A stretch of DNA of 32,000 nucleotides, from contig OY969938.1 of NCBI GenBank assembly GCA_963704755.1, positions 1,140,001 to 1,172,000 on the forward strand, read 5' to 3'. The notes below the pieces were generated by a model. It was not told the DNA's origin and did no database searches. It worked only from the letters and a program-made list of their open reading frames with translations. The stretch comes from an uncultured Chloroflexia bacterium (lineage in GTDB: Bacteria; Chloroflexota; Anaerolineae; Anaerolineales; Anaerolineaceae). The position numbers and the translations under genes are program-made. Within the stretch, counting starts at the first letter, position 1, and every line of letters starts with the position of its first letter. Below, one piece after another: positions 7,407-17,260 of the stretch.

Positions 7407-8249
7407 TTACAGGGGTGGTGCCGTTAACCCCGCTCGCAAGGCTGCGACAAATTTACCCGCGGCCTGTACAGCCCCCTCCGGGTTCGCGGCCTTTCTTACC
7501 GCATCGATCAATGCCGAACCGACGATGACCCCATCGGCCAGAGCGCCGACCCGGCCGGCTTGCTCAGGGGTCGAAATGCCAAAGCCTACCGCGGTTGGCG
7601 TGTGGGCGGCCGCTCTGGCTCGCTGGGCGAATTCAGGCAGATGCGGCGGCAGCTCGCGGCGGGCGCCGGTCACCCCGGCCAGCGCGACCAGATAGAGGAA
7701 CCCGCTGGTCCTCTCGGCGACCATCTGCACACGCTCCGCCGGCGAAGACGGGGAGAGCAGGTAGATCAGGGCCAGGTCGTGCTCCCGGCAGGCCGCTTCG
7801 ACGGAGCCGGCTTCCTCAGGTGGCAGGTCCGGCACGATCAGCCCATCGGCCCCGGCCGCGGCAGCCTCGCGAACGTAGCGCTCGACCCCATAGGCCAGCA
7901 GCGGGTTGACGTAGCCCATCAGGACCAGCGCCTGCCGGACCCCGCGCTCGCGCAAGGCCGCCGTCATTTGCAGGCAGCGCGCCACCGTCATACCCTGGTC
8001 CAGGGCCGCCTGGGTCGAACCCTGGATGGTCGGGCCGTCCGCCAGCGGGTCAGAAAAAGGCACCCCCAGCTCGATCAGGTCGGCCCCGCCCGCCGCGATT
8101 GCAACCAATACTTCCAGAGATGTGGCCGGGTCCGGGTAGCCCAGGGTGTAGTAGGGCATCAGTGCAGCGCGCTTTTCGTCTCGGGCCTGCTGGAAAGCAG
8201 CGGCGATACGTGCCAGGCCGGTTTGAGTGCTGATTGGGTTTGAAATCAT
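7407..8249 (-). CDS. trpA: Tryptophan synthase alpha subunit
   Basis: [22 protein letters not shown] motif. 4-nt overlap with the trpB stop. Last gene of the canonical trp operon order. Confidence 0.95.
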   Translation of the reverse strand: MISNPISTQTGLARIAAAFQQARDEKRAALMPYYTLGYPDPATSLEVLVAIAAGGADLIELGVPFSDPLADGPTIQGSTQAALDQGMTVARCLQMTAALRERGVRQALVLMGYVNPLLAYGVERYVREAAAAGADGLIVPDLPPEEAGSVEAACREHDLALIYLLSPSSPAERVQMVAERTSGFLYLVALAGVTGARRELPPHLPEFAQRARAAAHTPTAVGFGISTPEQAGRVGALADGVIVGSALIDAVRKAANPEGAVQAAGKFVAALRAGLTAPPL

Positions 8250-9457
8250 GCGACCCCTCCCTGCGATTTGAGAATAATATCCAGGTCTTTGTCCCCGCGC
8301 CCGGATAAATTGACCAGCAGCAGGCTCTCTTTAGGCAGCCCGGGCGCCATGCGGATGGCCTCGGCCAGGGCGTGCGACAATTCGAGCGCCGGCAAGATGC
8401 CTTCGCTGTGCGCCAGGCGGTGAAAAGCCGCCAGCGCCGAGCGGTCATCTGCGCTGGTGTATTCGGCCCGGCCAATATCGTGCAGGTAAGCGTGTTCCGG
8501 GCCAACCGCGGCGTAGTCCAGACCGGCCGAAATGGAATGAGTTTGGGCCACCTGGCCGTCCTCGTTTTGCAGCAGGTAGGTGTAAGTGCCCTGCAGCACC
8601 CCCGGCCGTCCCAGGCGCGGGTCGCCGAAGCGGGCGGCATGCTTACCGCTGGCCAGGCCTTCCCCGCCAGCCTCCACCCCGACCAGGCGCACCGCGGCGT
8701 CCTCGCGAAAGGCCTGGAACAGGCCGATCGCGTTCGACCCGCCGCCCACGCAGGCGATACACACGTCCGGCAAGCGGCCGGTCTGCGCCAGGATCTGGAC
8801 GCGGGCCTCGTTGCCGATCACCGACTGGAATTCGCGCACGATGGTCGGATAAGGGTGCGGGCCGAGTGCCGACCCGAGCAGGTAATGGGTGCCGTCCACG
8901 TGCGCCACCCAATCGCGGATAGCCTCGTTGACCGCATCTTTCAGGGTCCGGCTGCCGCTCTCCACCGGGTGCACCTCGGCGCCCAGCAGGCGCATACGCT
9001 GGACATTGGGCTGCTGGCGGGCGATATCGACCGTGCCCATGTAGATGACACATTCCATGCCCAGCAGGGCCGCCACGGTGGCGGTGGCCACCCCATGCTG
9101 CCCGGCGCCGGTCTCGGCCACCAGCCGGCGTTTACCCATGCGTTGGGCCAGCAGGCCCTGCCCCAGGGCGTTGTTGATCTTGTGGGCGCCGGTGTGAGCC
9201 AGGTCTTCGCGCTTGAGGTAGACCTGGGCCCCGCCCAGTTCCGCGCTCAGGCGGGCGGCGTGGGTCAGCGGGGTCGGCCGGCCGACGTAATCGTGCAGCA
9301 GCCGGGCGTACTCCGCCTGGAAGGCTTCGTCCGCCTGCGCGGCCAGGAAAGCCTGCTCCAGCTCCTCAACCGCCGGCATAAGCACTTCCGGGATGTACTG
9401 GCCCCCATACGGGCCAAACTTGGGATTCAATCGTGTTTTGGTTTGTTCTTGAATCAT
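8246..9457 (-). CDS. trpB: Tryptophan synthase beta subunit
   Basis: PLP-lysine motif HTGAHKINN, plus GGGSNAIG and the ETGAGQHG segment. 403 aa. Confidence 0.97.
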   Translation of the reverse strand: MIQEQTKTRLNPKFGPYGGQYIPEVLMPAVEELEQAFLAAQADEAFQAEYARLLHDYVGRPTPLTHAARLSAELGGAQVYLKREDLAHTGAHKINNALGQGLLAQRMGKRRLVAETGAGQHGVATATVAALLGMECVIYMGTVDIARQQPNVQRMRLLGAEVHPVESGSRTLKDAVNEAIRDWVAHVDGTHYLLGSALGPHPYPTIVREFQSVIGNEARVQILAQTGRLPDVCIACVGGGSNAIGLFQAFREDAAVRLVGVEAGGEGLASGKHAARFGDPRLGRPGVLQGTYTYLLQNEDGQVAQTHSISAGLDYAAVGPEHAYLHDIGRAEYTSADDRSALAAFHRLAHSEGILPALELSHALAEAIRMAPGLPKESLLLVNLSGRGDKDLDIILKSQGGVA

Positions 9458-9486
9458 ATTTCGTTCCTAAGATTTGTCACAGATGA

Positions 9487-9576
9487 ACACAGATGGACAC
9501 AGATAAACTTTTTTTAGGTTGCTGCGGCTTTGCCGCAGCAACCTAAAGTATTTCTTCTATCTGTGTCTATCCGTGG
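9487..9576. repeat. About 90-bp nested palindromic element between trpF and trpB
   Basis: Inner perfect 14-bp hairpin at 9515-9545 (TAGGTTGCTGCGGC ttt GCCGCAGCAACCTA). Outer arms 9487-9505 and 9558-9576 match at 16/19. The right outer arm encodes the last 5 codons and the stop of trpF. Confidence 0.8.
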
Positions 9577-10198
9577 CCTTTTTTGCGTTCTGGATAAAAG
9601 CAGCCATTTTTTGCGTATCTTTCTTGCCGGGGCGGAGTTCCACCCCGGAAGCGACATCCACGCCCCAGGGATGCACCTGGGCGATGGCGGCGGCCACGTT
9701 TTCCGGCCGCAGGCCTCCGGCCAGCAGGACCGGCGCTTGGGCGGCCAGCCCGGCCGCCAGGCCCCAGTCCGCGACCTGGCCGGTGCCGCCGAAAGCGCCC
9801 GGGCGGTAGGCATCCACCAACCAGGCCGGCGCCAGGGTGCGTTGGGGATAGCGGCCCAGGCCGGCCTTCAAACCGGCTTCATCCGCCGGGCGCAGCGCCT
9901 TGTAAGCCCGCTCGCCCAGGCGGTTCAATACCTCCGGCGGTTCGTCACCGGAGAGCTGGGCCAGGTCCAGGCCGTAGGTTTGCAGGGTCGTCTCGATCTC
10001 CTCGGCTGCTGCATTCACAAACACACCCACCGTGACAACGTTGTACCCGGCCAGTGCCCGCATGATTTCCGCGCAGGTTTCCGGTGAAATACAGCGCGGG
10101 CTGCCGGGGTAAAAGTTGAACCCGAGCATATCCGCACCCGCCGACACGGCGGCCAGGGCGTCTTCGCGATTGGTGATGCCACAAATCTTGACCTGCAT
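9557..10198 (-). CDS. trpF: Phosphoribosylanthranilate isomerase
   Basis: N-terminus MQVKICGITNREDALAAVSAGADMLGFNFYPGSPR and C-terminal VDVASGVE segment. Sits between trpC and trpB. Confidence 0.92.
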   Translation of the reverse strand: MQVKICGITNREDALAAVSAGADMLGFNFYPGSPRCISPETCAEIMRALAGYNVVTVGVFVNAAAEEIETTLQTYGLDLAQLSGDEPPEVLNRLGERAYKALRPADEAGLKAGLGRYPQRTLAPAWLVDAYRPGAFGGTGQVADWGLAAGLAAQAPVLLAGGLRPENVAAAIAQVHPWGVDVASGVELRPGKKDTQKMAAFIQNAKKATDRHR

Positions 10199-10205
10199 GC
10201 TGCCC

Positions 10206-10991
10206 TCAGCCTGCCAGCTCGCGGACCTTGGCGGCCACGTCCCCGGCCGTGACCAGGGCTTCGCCCACCAGCACGGCGTCCACCCCGGCGGCCGCCAGGC
10301 AGTCCACGTCGGCCCGCTTGTGAATGCCGCTCTCGGCCACTACCATCACCCCGGCCGGGATGAGCGGCCGCAGGCACAGGCTGGTCTCCAGCTTGACCTG
10401 GAAGGTACCCAGGTCGCGGTTATTGATCCCGACCAGGCGCGCCCCGCTCGCCAGGGCCGCTTCGACCTCGTCCTCAGCGTGGACCTCGACCAGCGCGGCC
10501 AGTCCCAGCCGGTCACAGGCCGCCTGCAAGACCCGCAGGCGGGCCGGGGCCAGCGCTGCCACGATCAGCAGCACCGCGCTGGCTCCGGCCGCACGCGCCT
10601 CGTACAACTGGTACTCTTCCAGAATGAAATCCTTGCGCAGCACCGGCAGACGCGGCAGGAGCGCGGCCACCTGGCGTAAATGCTCCAGGCTGCCGCGGAA
10701 GAAGCGCTCGTCGGTAAGCACACTGATCGCTGCGGCTCCGTTGGCGCAGTAGGTCGCCGCCAGGCCCAGCGGATCGAAATCGGCCACCAGCAGGCCCCGC
10801 GATGGCGATGCGCATTTGACCTCGGCGATCAGGCGCGGCCGGGCGCCGGCCGGGCGGCGCAGCGCCGCGCAGAAATCCAACGGGGTCAGGCCGGCTTCAG
10901 CGGCAGCGCGCACCTGTTCCAGCGGTACGGCTGCCATGCGTTCCGCCAGTTCGACGCGCTTGTGGATCAGAATTTCGTCCAGGCGGCTCAT
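10206..10991 (-). CDS. trpC: Indole-3-glycerol phosphate synthase
   Basis: IAEVKCASPSRG, AISVLTDERFFRGS and VGINNRDL segments. Start overlaps the trpD stop by 4 nt. Confidence 0.93.
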   Translation of the reverse strand: MSRLDEILIHKRVELAERMAAVPLEQVRAAAEAGLTPLDFCAALRRPAGARPRLIAEVKCASPSRGLLVADFDPLGLAATYCANGAAAISVLTDERFFRGSLEHLRQVAALLPRLPVLRKDFILEEYQLYEARAAGASAVLLIVAALAPARLRVLQAACDRLGLAALVEVHAEDEVEAALASGARLVGINNRDLGTFQVKLETSLCLRPLIPAGVMVVAESGIHKRADVDCLAAAGVDAVLVGEALVTAGDVAAKVRELAG

Positions 10992-12010
10992 AGGGCAAAC
11001 TGGGCTGAGTAAGCGGTCAACGTATTCAGTTTCGCCAGGGCGGCGCCGCTGGAAAGCGAATCTTCGGCCTCCTCCAGGGCGGTGGGGAAATCACCGTTGC
11101 CGGTGGCCAGCGCCGCAGCACTGTTGAGCAGCAGCACGTCCCGGCGCGGGCTGGTGTCCTTCCCTTCCAGCAGTGCCCGCAGGATCACTGCATTTTCGGC
11201 CGGGTCGCCGCCGCGCAGTTCTTCTGACTGAGCCCGGCGCAGCCCCAGAACAGCCGGATCCAGCTCGAAGGTTTCTACCCGCCCGTCCTGCAAATGGCTG
11301 ACCCGGTTCTTCCCACCGGTGGTCAGCTCATCCAGCCCGCCGTAGCCGTGCACGACGTAGGCCGCCTGCCCGCCCAACTCACCCAGCACCTCGGCCAGGG
11401 GTTGGGTCAGGGCCGGGTCGTACACGCCGATCAACTGGTGGGTCGCGCCGGCTGGATTGGTTAGCGGGCCGAGCAGGTTGAAAATCGTGCGCTGGCCCAG
11501 TTCGCGCCGCGGGCCGATGGCGTACTTCATGGCCGGGTGGAAGCGCGGGGCAAACATAAAGCCGATCCCGACCTGGTCGATGCAGGCGGCCACCTGCTCC
11601 GGGGTCAGGTCGATGTTGACCCCCAGGGCGCTCAATACGTCCGCGCTGCCGCAGCGCGAGGAAGCCGCCCGGTTGCCGTGCTTGGCCACCTTTTTGCCCG
11701 CCCCGGCGATCACAAACGCCGCCGCGGTGGAAATGTTGAACGTCTGGGCGCCGTCCCCGCCCGTGCCGGCCGTATCCAGCAGCATGCCGTTCTTGACGTG
11801 GTAAGGCACCAGGCTGGCCTGGGCACGCATGGCCCGCGCCGAGCCGACGATCTCTTCTACCGTCTCGCCTTTCATGCGCAGGCCCACCAGGTAACCGCCG
11901 ATCTGGGCCGGGGTGGCCTGGCCGGTCATGATAATCGTCATCGCATCTTCCGCTTCGGCGCTGGATAAATCCTGCCGGTTAACTACTTTTTGAATAAATG
12001 GCTTAAGCAT
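10988..12010 (-). CDS. trpD: Anthranilate phosphoribosyltransferase
   Basis: DTAGTGGDG and KHGNRAASS motifs. 340 aa. Overlaps the trpG stop by 8 nt. Confidence 0.95.
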   Translation of the reverse strand: MLKPFIQKVVNRQDLSSAEAEDAMTIIMTGQATPAQIGGYLVGLRMKGETVEEIVGSARAMRAQASLVPYHVKNGMLLDTAGTGGDGAQTFNISTAAAFVIAGAGKKVAKHGNRAASSRCGSADVLSALGVNIDLTPEQVAACIDQVGIGFMFAPRFHPAMKYAIGPRRELGQRTIFNLLGPLTNPAGATHQLIGVYDPALTQPLAEVLGELGGQAAYVVHGYGGLDELTTGGKNRVSHLQDGRVETFELDPAVLGLRRAQSEELRGGDPAENAVILRALLEGKDTSPRRDVLLLNSAAALATGNGDFPTALEEAEDSLSSGAALAKLNTLTAYSAQFAL

Positions 12011-12620
12011 GGTTTCTCACATCCCTTTCGACAATTGCAGAGGTTTCCAATTCGGAAATATGTAAAAAGTTTTCCAACAGTTGCTTTCCGCAACTGGTCA
12101 GGATCGATTCGGGGTGAAACTGCACCCCAAAAATAGGATATTCCTTGTGACGCAGGCCCATCAGCTCGCCGCCGGGGGTGGAGGCGGTCGCCTCGAGCGC
12201 CGCGGGCAGCGGTTCAGCCACCACGAGTGAATGGTAGCGGGTGGCTTCGAAGGGATTGGGCAGCCCGGCAAAAAGCCCGCTGCCATCGTGGAAGATCGGC
12301 GATGTTTTGCCGTGCATCAGGTGACCGGCCCGCACGACCCGCCCGCCGAAGACCGCCCCGATGCACTGCTGGCCCAGGCACACCCCCAGCAGCGGGATAC
12401 GCGGCCCCAAACAGCGGATCACCTCGGCGGAAATGCCGGCCTGGTCGGGGTCGCCCGGCCCGGGAGAGATCACAATCTGGTCCGGGTGGAGCGCCTCCAG
12501 CTCGGCCACACCGATGGCGTCGTTGCGAAAAACGTGTACCGCCTGGCCCAGCTCACCGAAAAGCTGCGCCAGGTTGTAAGTAAATGAGTTGTAATTATCG
12601 ATAATCGCCAGCATAGACAC
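12003..12620 (-). CDS. trpG: Anthranilate synthase component II (glutamine amidotransferase)
   Basis: Class I GATase triad context: GVCLGQQ (Cys) and FGVQFHPES (His/Glu). Operon position after trpE. Confidence 0.92.
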   Translation of the reverse strand: MSMLAIIDNYNSFTYNLAQLFGELGQAVHVFRNDAIGVAELEALHPDQIVISPGPGDPDQAGISAEVIRCLGPRIPLLGVCLGQQCIGAVFGGRVVRAGHLMHGKTSPIFHDGSGLFAGLPNPFEATRYHSLVVAEPLPAALEATASTPGGELMGLRHKEYPIFGVQFHPESILTSCGKQLLENFLHISELETSAIVERDVRNHA

Positions 12621-12645
12621 CTCTCTCTTTAACCAAACGTCCCTT

Positions 12646-14127
12646 TCACCCGGCCTGCTCGGCCATCTCGACCGCCACGGCCAGGGCGCGGGCCTTGTTC
12701 AACGTCTCTTGATATTCGCTCTCCGGGTCCGAATCGGCCACGATGCCGGCCCCGGCCTGGATCGAGATCTGTTGGCCCTGCATGACCAGCGTGCGGATGG
12801 CGATACAGGTATCCAGCGAGCCGTCCGCGGCAAAATAGCCGACCGCCCCGGCGTAGGGGCCGCGGGGCTGGCCTTCTAACCGGTCGATGATCTGCATGGC
12901 GCGGATCTTGGGCGCGCCGCTGACCGTCCCGGCCGGGAAGGTCGCCCGCATCAAGGCAAAGGCGTCCAGATCCGGCCGCAGCCGGCCCTGCACCTGCGAC
13001 ACGATGTGCATCACGTGCGAGTAGCGCTCGACCTGCATCAATTCCGGCACGTGCACCGAGCCGTACTCGCACACCCGGCCCAGGTCGTTGCGGGCCAGGT
13101 CCACCAGCATGACGTGCTCGGCCCGTTCCTTGGGGTCGGCCAGCAGTTCGCCCTCCAGGCAGGCATCCTCCTCGGCGGTCTTCCCGCGCGGGCGGGTGCC
13201 GGCGATGGGGCGGATGGCGGCCGTGCCCTGTTCGAGCCGCACGTGCATCTCGGGCGAAGCACCGATCAGACGCAGCGGCTCGCCGCCCGCCAGGGTACCA
13301 AAATCGAAATAAAACATGTACGGCGAAGGGTTGAGCCGGCGCAGCGCCCGGTAGATCTCAAAGGGCTCGGCCTGGGTTGCGCGGCTGAGCCGCTGCGAAA
13401 GCACCACCTGGAAGATATCGCCGGCCGCGATGTGCTGCTTGGCCCGCAAAACGGCCTGGACGAATTGCTCGCGGGTCAGGTTGGCCTGCATCTCAGTAGA
13501 TACCCCACCGGCCGGGTGGGCCGCAATTTCCGGCAGCGGACCGGCCAGGCGTTGTTGGATCGCGTCCAGGCGCGCTCCGGCTTCGGCCTGGGCCGCGATG
13601 GGGTCTTGACCCGCGTCCGGGTTGGCGATCAACACCAGGCGCCCGAAGGCGTGGTCAAAGGCAACCACGGTATCGGCCAGTAGAAAGATCGCATCAGGCA
13701 GGACAGCGTGTGGGTTAAGGGCGACGCTGGGCTCGAAAAAGCGCATCATTTCGTAGCCCAGGTAGCCCGCCAACCCGCCGCTGAAGCGCGGTAGTCCGGG
13801 CAGGGCCTCCACGCGCATCTGGGCCAGTTCATCCGCCAGGGCCGCCAGTGGATCGGTCACCTCATGGTAGTCCACCGTTTCCCCCTGATGGACTGCCAGC
13901 GTCTGTCCGCGCAGGACAAAGGCTTTGCGCGGCTGGATGCCAATGAACGAATAGCGGGCCAACTGTTCTCCCCCGCTGACCGACTCGAGCAAGAAAGATG
14001 GCCCGGCCCCGGCCAGTTTCAGGTAAATCGAAGTCGGCGTTTCCAGGTCGGCCGGTTGGGTCCGTACCAGCGGGCGGACAACCGGATTATTTTTCGTTTC
14101 GTTTTCGCGGATTGTTTGTACGAGCAT
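12646..14127 (-). CDS. trpE: Anthranilate synthase component I
   Basis: Start moved to MLVQTIREN (AAGGAG 8 nt upstream; the upstream part of the ORF is T-box leader). Conserved FLLESV, GAVGYF and [20 protein letters not shown] segments. Confidence 0.94.
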   Translation of the reverse strand: MLVQTIRENETKNNPVVRPLVRTQPADLETPTSIYLKLAGAGPSFLLESVSGGEQLARYSFIGIQPRKAFVLRGQTLAVHQGETVDYHEVTDPLAALADELAQMRVEALPGLPRFSGGLAGYLGYEMMRFFEPSVALNPHAVLPDAIFLLADTVVAFDHAFGRLVLIANPDAGQDPIAAQAEAGARLDAIQQRLAGPLPEIAAHPAGGVSTEMQANLTREQFVQAVLRAKQHIAAGDIFQVVLSQRLSRATQAEPFEIYRALRRLNPSPYMFYFDFGTLAGGEPLRLIGASPEMHVRLEQGTAAIRPIAGTRPRGKTAEEDACLEGELLADPKERAEHVMLVDLARNDLGRVCEYGSVHVPELMQVERYSHVMHIVSQVQGRLRPDLDAFALMRATFPAGTVSGAPKIRAMQIIDRLEGQPRGPYAGAVGYFAADGSLDTCIAIRTLVMQGQQISIQAGAGIVADSDPESEYQETLNKARALAVAVEMAEQAG

Positions 14128-14142
14128 GAGCGGCACTCCTTG

Positions 14143-14478
14143 GTTAATGCAAAATCTCTCCCGTCCAATGGGGCGAGAGAGATTTCCCGTGGTGCCACCC
14201 AATTTAGGCTGCTCGCTTAACCAAAAACCCCGTCGCGACGACGACGGGGATAAAAAGCCAGCCTCACTTTTGGGGTACGTCGGCCTTGTGACCGGTTATA
14301 CCCTTTGCCTTGATAACGGTGGCAGCTCCGGCACAGGCTACTCGACAACCCTTTCGCCTTGCAGCTCCGAGAACCATTCAGCGCCAGTGTACGGGTGGCA
14401 TTCTCACCGTTCAGCCGCTCTCTGGACCGCCGGTCCAGCGCCTACTATTTCTCTTCACAGCTTTTCACGTTCAATTGT
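14143..14478 (-). promoter_or_regulatory. T-box leader (tRNA-Trp-responsive riboswitch) of the trp operon
   Basis: Read on the minus strand:
- GA/AGUA motifs: TGAAGAGAAATAGTA.
- AG box: CCAGAGAGC.
- GGTGAGAA distal motif.
- Specifier-loop GAA-TGG (UGG at 14376..14374).
- Stem III CCCCGTCG...CGACGGGG.
- T-box sequence AATTGGGTGGCACCACGGG (14186-14204).
- Terminator AAATCTCTCTCG...CGGGAGAGATTTT (14151-14185), directly before the trpE RBS. Confidence 0.85.
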
Positions 14479-14485
14479 TAGGAAG

Positions 14486-14514
14486 TTTATAGCAGGTTTT
14501 GGGGGCACTGTCAA
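14486..14514 (-). promoter_or_regulatory. Sigma-70-type promoter of the trp operon
   Basis: Minus strand reads TTGACA (14514..14509), a 17-nt spacer, then TATAAA (14491..14486). Positioned just upstream of the T-box leader. Confidence 0.6.
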
Positions 14515-14573
14515 GGAGGTTGTTGAAGATTGTTGAAAAACTCGCTTTTCAACAAAAATATTGGAAATATCCT

Positions 14574-14600
14574 AAAAGTCAGGGTGTTTCTCAACACCCT
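14574..14600 (-). terminator. Possible terminator downstream of the peptidase gene
   Basis: Minus strand reads AGGGTGTT gaga AACACCCT gac TTTT: an 8-bp stem, 4-nt loop and short T run, about 140 nt after the stop at 14741. Confidence 0.35.
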
Positions 14601-14740
14601 CGCGCGTAAACAAGTGTCTAGTGTCAGGAAAACCAATATTCCAAATAGCCTTCAGCAACCACCTTGGATGCAGTGTGACCAAACAACAAACGCGCCGATT
14701 TCTTGGCCACCTTTTTCAAGTGGGGACGGGAGCTTCGCCC

Positions 14741-16273
14741 TCAACTTGCCATACGCCTTTTTCCGGTCACTAACCGATACGTCATTCCCTCAATCTGCAC
14801 GAAATAATAATGGGCATGGTCGTCGGATAAATGCATTATGGTCACGTTCTGGCGTTCTGCCAGCCTGGCCAGATCATTGATGGTGGCTACATTAATCACC
14901 GGCGAAAGAGCCTTCAATCCCGAATCATATACATCTATCAGGAGCGAACTATATTTTATGCGCACAACCGCTTGCGGGTCTTCTCTGGACGCTTTATAGA
15001 AAATATATCCTAGGGTAAGCAACCCACCCAATGAGATAACCAGGCCAAGGATGGCAAAAATCCGGGTAGCCCGGATGGGAAGGGATAACCCCAACAATTG
15101 GAAAGTATTACTTACCAGGTCAGGATTGCTGATCGACCCGGATTGGACGGTTTGCAGCGGATTGGCCTGAGACGAATCCCCTGCGACGGAAAGGTGCAGG
15201 CTGTCCACCTTAAAATTCAGGTGGGGTTCGAAGGAATCAGAAAAAACCTGCCCAAGGGCACTGCCCGTAATCGCATCGTGAGCGACAACAGAAAGCGTAT
15301 AGGAACCGATGTGGAGTCCGGTCTCCGTTTCGACCGAGGCTACCAGGGTCTGAACCTGGCACAGGTCCAGGGTAGCCAGGCTGGTATGCGTATTTCCGCT
15401 AAAGCTTTCCTCGACAGACAGCGGAATGGTACGTTTCCAACCGCTTTGAGGATCCTGTATCGAGGCATAAACTTCTTGTTGGCCCGAAATGTTTTCCAGT
15501 TGATCCCCTCCCTGCAAGGTATAGATAAAACCCAGGTTGAAGGAACAGGTCAGGTTGGTAAATATCGGATCGCCGGATTGGAGAGAATCGGTATCATATA
15601 CTCCCGGCGTAGTGGCAGCCGAGTAGAAGAAAGCCCCGGACTGCTGATATTGAATATCATCCGCGGCCCGTTCGAGCGGGCGGCTAAAGGCGAAAATAGC
15701 CAGCCCCAGGAATATCACCGCCAGCATACCGGACAGGTAAAGACCGATTTCAAACATTCCGGCCGGGTTCCCGCTTGGCTTTTTCTTCTGGTTAACCTTA
15801 TTCGGCTTTTCCATAGTAATACTCACCATAAAAAGAATTCCGAGCAAACCGGCGACAATTGCCATGTTAAGGGGTAATTGCAGCCATTTTACAGCCGCCC
15901 CTGCTTTGGGCAGGTGAATCCAGAGTTTGCCGACAACCTCCGCCTGGGTAGGTTCGTATTCGTCCACCCAGGTATTGTTGTCACCCTGGAGGATAAAACG
16001 GTCCTGCGCCGTACTGATGATACGATGGACGACGTTATCGTTCATCAGCGCATCGCGGTATATTACAATTTCGCCAACCTGGTAGGAGGGAGAACGGCGG
16101 GCAATCACCAGGTCACCGGTGTGAAAGTTCGGCTCCATGCTGATGCCGTTTACCATGGCATAAGATACCTGGCCTCCTAGATTGGTGGGGGCAAAAGCGA
16201 TCCATATTGCAGCCAGGCCAATTAGCGCCAGGATGTTAGTGACAATGGCCGGCAAACGCCAGAATCTAGCCAT
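14741..16273 (-). CDS. SipW/Sec11-type (Ser-His) signal peptidase I fused to a C-terminal multi-TM extension
   Basis: Start taken at MARFWRLPAIV (N-terminal TM anchor). Catalytic Ser in NGISMEP, catalytic His in DNVVHRIIS, and the GDNN box (LQGDNNTWVD). About 340 further residues contain 3 predicted TM helices, an extracytoplasmic domain, and a cytoplasmic tail ...VINVATINDLARLAERQNVTIMHLSDDHAHYYFVQIEGMTYRL. Confidence 0.85.
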   Translation of the reverse strand: MARFWRLPAIVTNILALIGLAAIWIAFAPTNLGGQVSYAMVNGISMEPNFHTGDLVIARRSPSYQVGEIVIYRDALMNDNVVHRIISTAQDRFILQGDNNTWVDEYEPTQAEVVGKLWIHLPKAGAAVKWLQLPLNMAIVAGLLGILFMVSITMEKPNKVNQKKKPSGNPAGMFEIGLYLSGMLAVIFLGLAIFAFSRPLERAADDIQYQQSGAFFYSAATTPGVYDTDSLQSGDPIFTNLTCSFNLGFIYTLQGGDQLENISGQQEVYASIQDPQSGWKRTIPLSVEESFSGNTHTSLATLDLCQVQTLVASVETETGLHIGSYTLSVVAHDAITGSALGQVFSDSFEPHLNFKVDSLHLSVAGDSSQANPLQTVQSGSISNPDLVSNTFQLLGLSLPIRATRIFAILGLVISLGGLLTLGYIFYKASREDPQAVVRIKYSSLLIDVYDSGLKALSPVINVATINDLARLAERQNVTIMHLSDDHAHYYFVQIEGMTYRLVTGKRRMAS

Positions 16274-16455
16274 GCTGCGTTTTTTCCCTTGCTGTTTACG
16301 ACCCCGATATGCAAGCCTTGAATGATTATTGGGCGGTAACCACTCCGTTCTTCCCGAATAGAAAGGGAATTTTGTGGCTATGAACATGCTTCTCAAGTAA
16401 AAACAGCAATGCTACTATTAATAATAATAGCGGAGTAGTTACACCGGGTCAATAC

Positions 16456-16486
16456 AAATCAGGCCTGGCAGAGCCAGGCCTGATTT
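16456..16486 (-). terminator. Intrinsic terminator/attenuator between the secreted-protein gene and the peptidase gene
   Basis: AAATCAGGCCTGGC aga GCCAGGCCTGATTT: perfect 14-bp GC-rich stem flanked by A/T runs, 39 nt after the stop at 16525. Confidence 0.6.
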
Positions 16487-16524
16487 CAACACTACCAACT
16501 AATCTTGTTGTCTGATGCAAAATT

Positions 16525-16932
16525 TTACGGGGCAGGATCGAGGGTACTGCTGGCAACAACATTCAACGCAGTCACAGCAGTAAGTTCCAGAGTAGGATTA
16601 GTGTAAGTACAAGTCACATTTATCACAGGCGCTGTACCGTCTGCCAAACCACAAATCATCCAATCTCCAGCGGTAGCCGTCTGAACCTCAACGAGTTTCG
16701 CAACTGCTGACCCGGTCGTGGGAGCAACGTCGAACGTGATGTTGTCAACGAGAGTGGGGTCAGTAGCATTCAGATCATAAACGACATTCGTGACAGCATA
16801 GCCAGAGACTACACTATCTTTATATCCGGCAGCACTGTCTGCAACAGTATTCGCGGCCGCGAAGGCATAGCTGCCGCCGGCCACAACGATTGCGACCAAA
16901 GCAATAAATAGAACTTTGAATTTGCGTAACAT
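16525..16932 (-). CDS. Small secreted beta-rich protein with SipW-cognate-type signal peptide (TasA-like fibre subunit candidate)
   Basis: Start moved to MLRKFKVLF (AAGGAAG RBS). Signal peptide ends ...VVAGGSYAFAAA, matching the GG[ST][FYW]A pattern of SipW substrates. The mature part (~105-110 aa, depending on cleavage site) is rich in T/V/A/N/D with no Cys pair pattern typical of enzymes. Adjacent to the SipW-type peptidase. Confidence 0.75.
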   Translation of the reverse strand: MLRKFKVLFIALVAIVVAGGSYAFAAANTVADSAAGYKDSVVSGYAVTNVVYDLNATDPTLVDNITFDVAPTTGSAVAKLVEVQTATAGDWMICGLADGTAPVINVTCTYTNPTLELTAVTALNVVASSTLDPAP

Positions 16933-17260
16933 GGCATCTTCCTTTTTTTTTGCGTTCCTAACTTTCGCCGGATCTGCAATTTTAATAAAATGCATGAAGG
17001 TCGATTAGCCATCCGATCAAATTAAAAATTGGCTTTGTGATAAAAGCCAACGAACCACACACAACCATATGTGACCCACGGCAACCTGGCAATCATGGTC
17101 ATTTTCATGACGTTAGACCCATGGCTTTGCGTCACCGGCTTTCGCCGATTTTGCCTTTATCGGATAGGGAATAATACTAATTACTATAATACCACAAACA
17201 AACCAAAAAAGCAAGGGGAGCGAATTGCCTCACAATTAATCTTACTTTGCGAAATAACGT

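Noticed and set aside
9515-9545. Intra-operon terminator or attenuator between trpF and trpB.
   Set aside because: On the operon (minus) strand the hairpin is followed by an A run, not a U run, so it is not a canonical intrinsic terminator. It is reported instead as part of a palindromic insertion.
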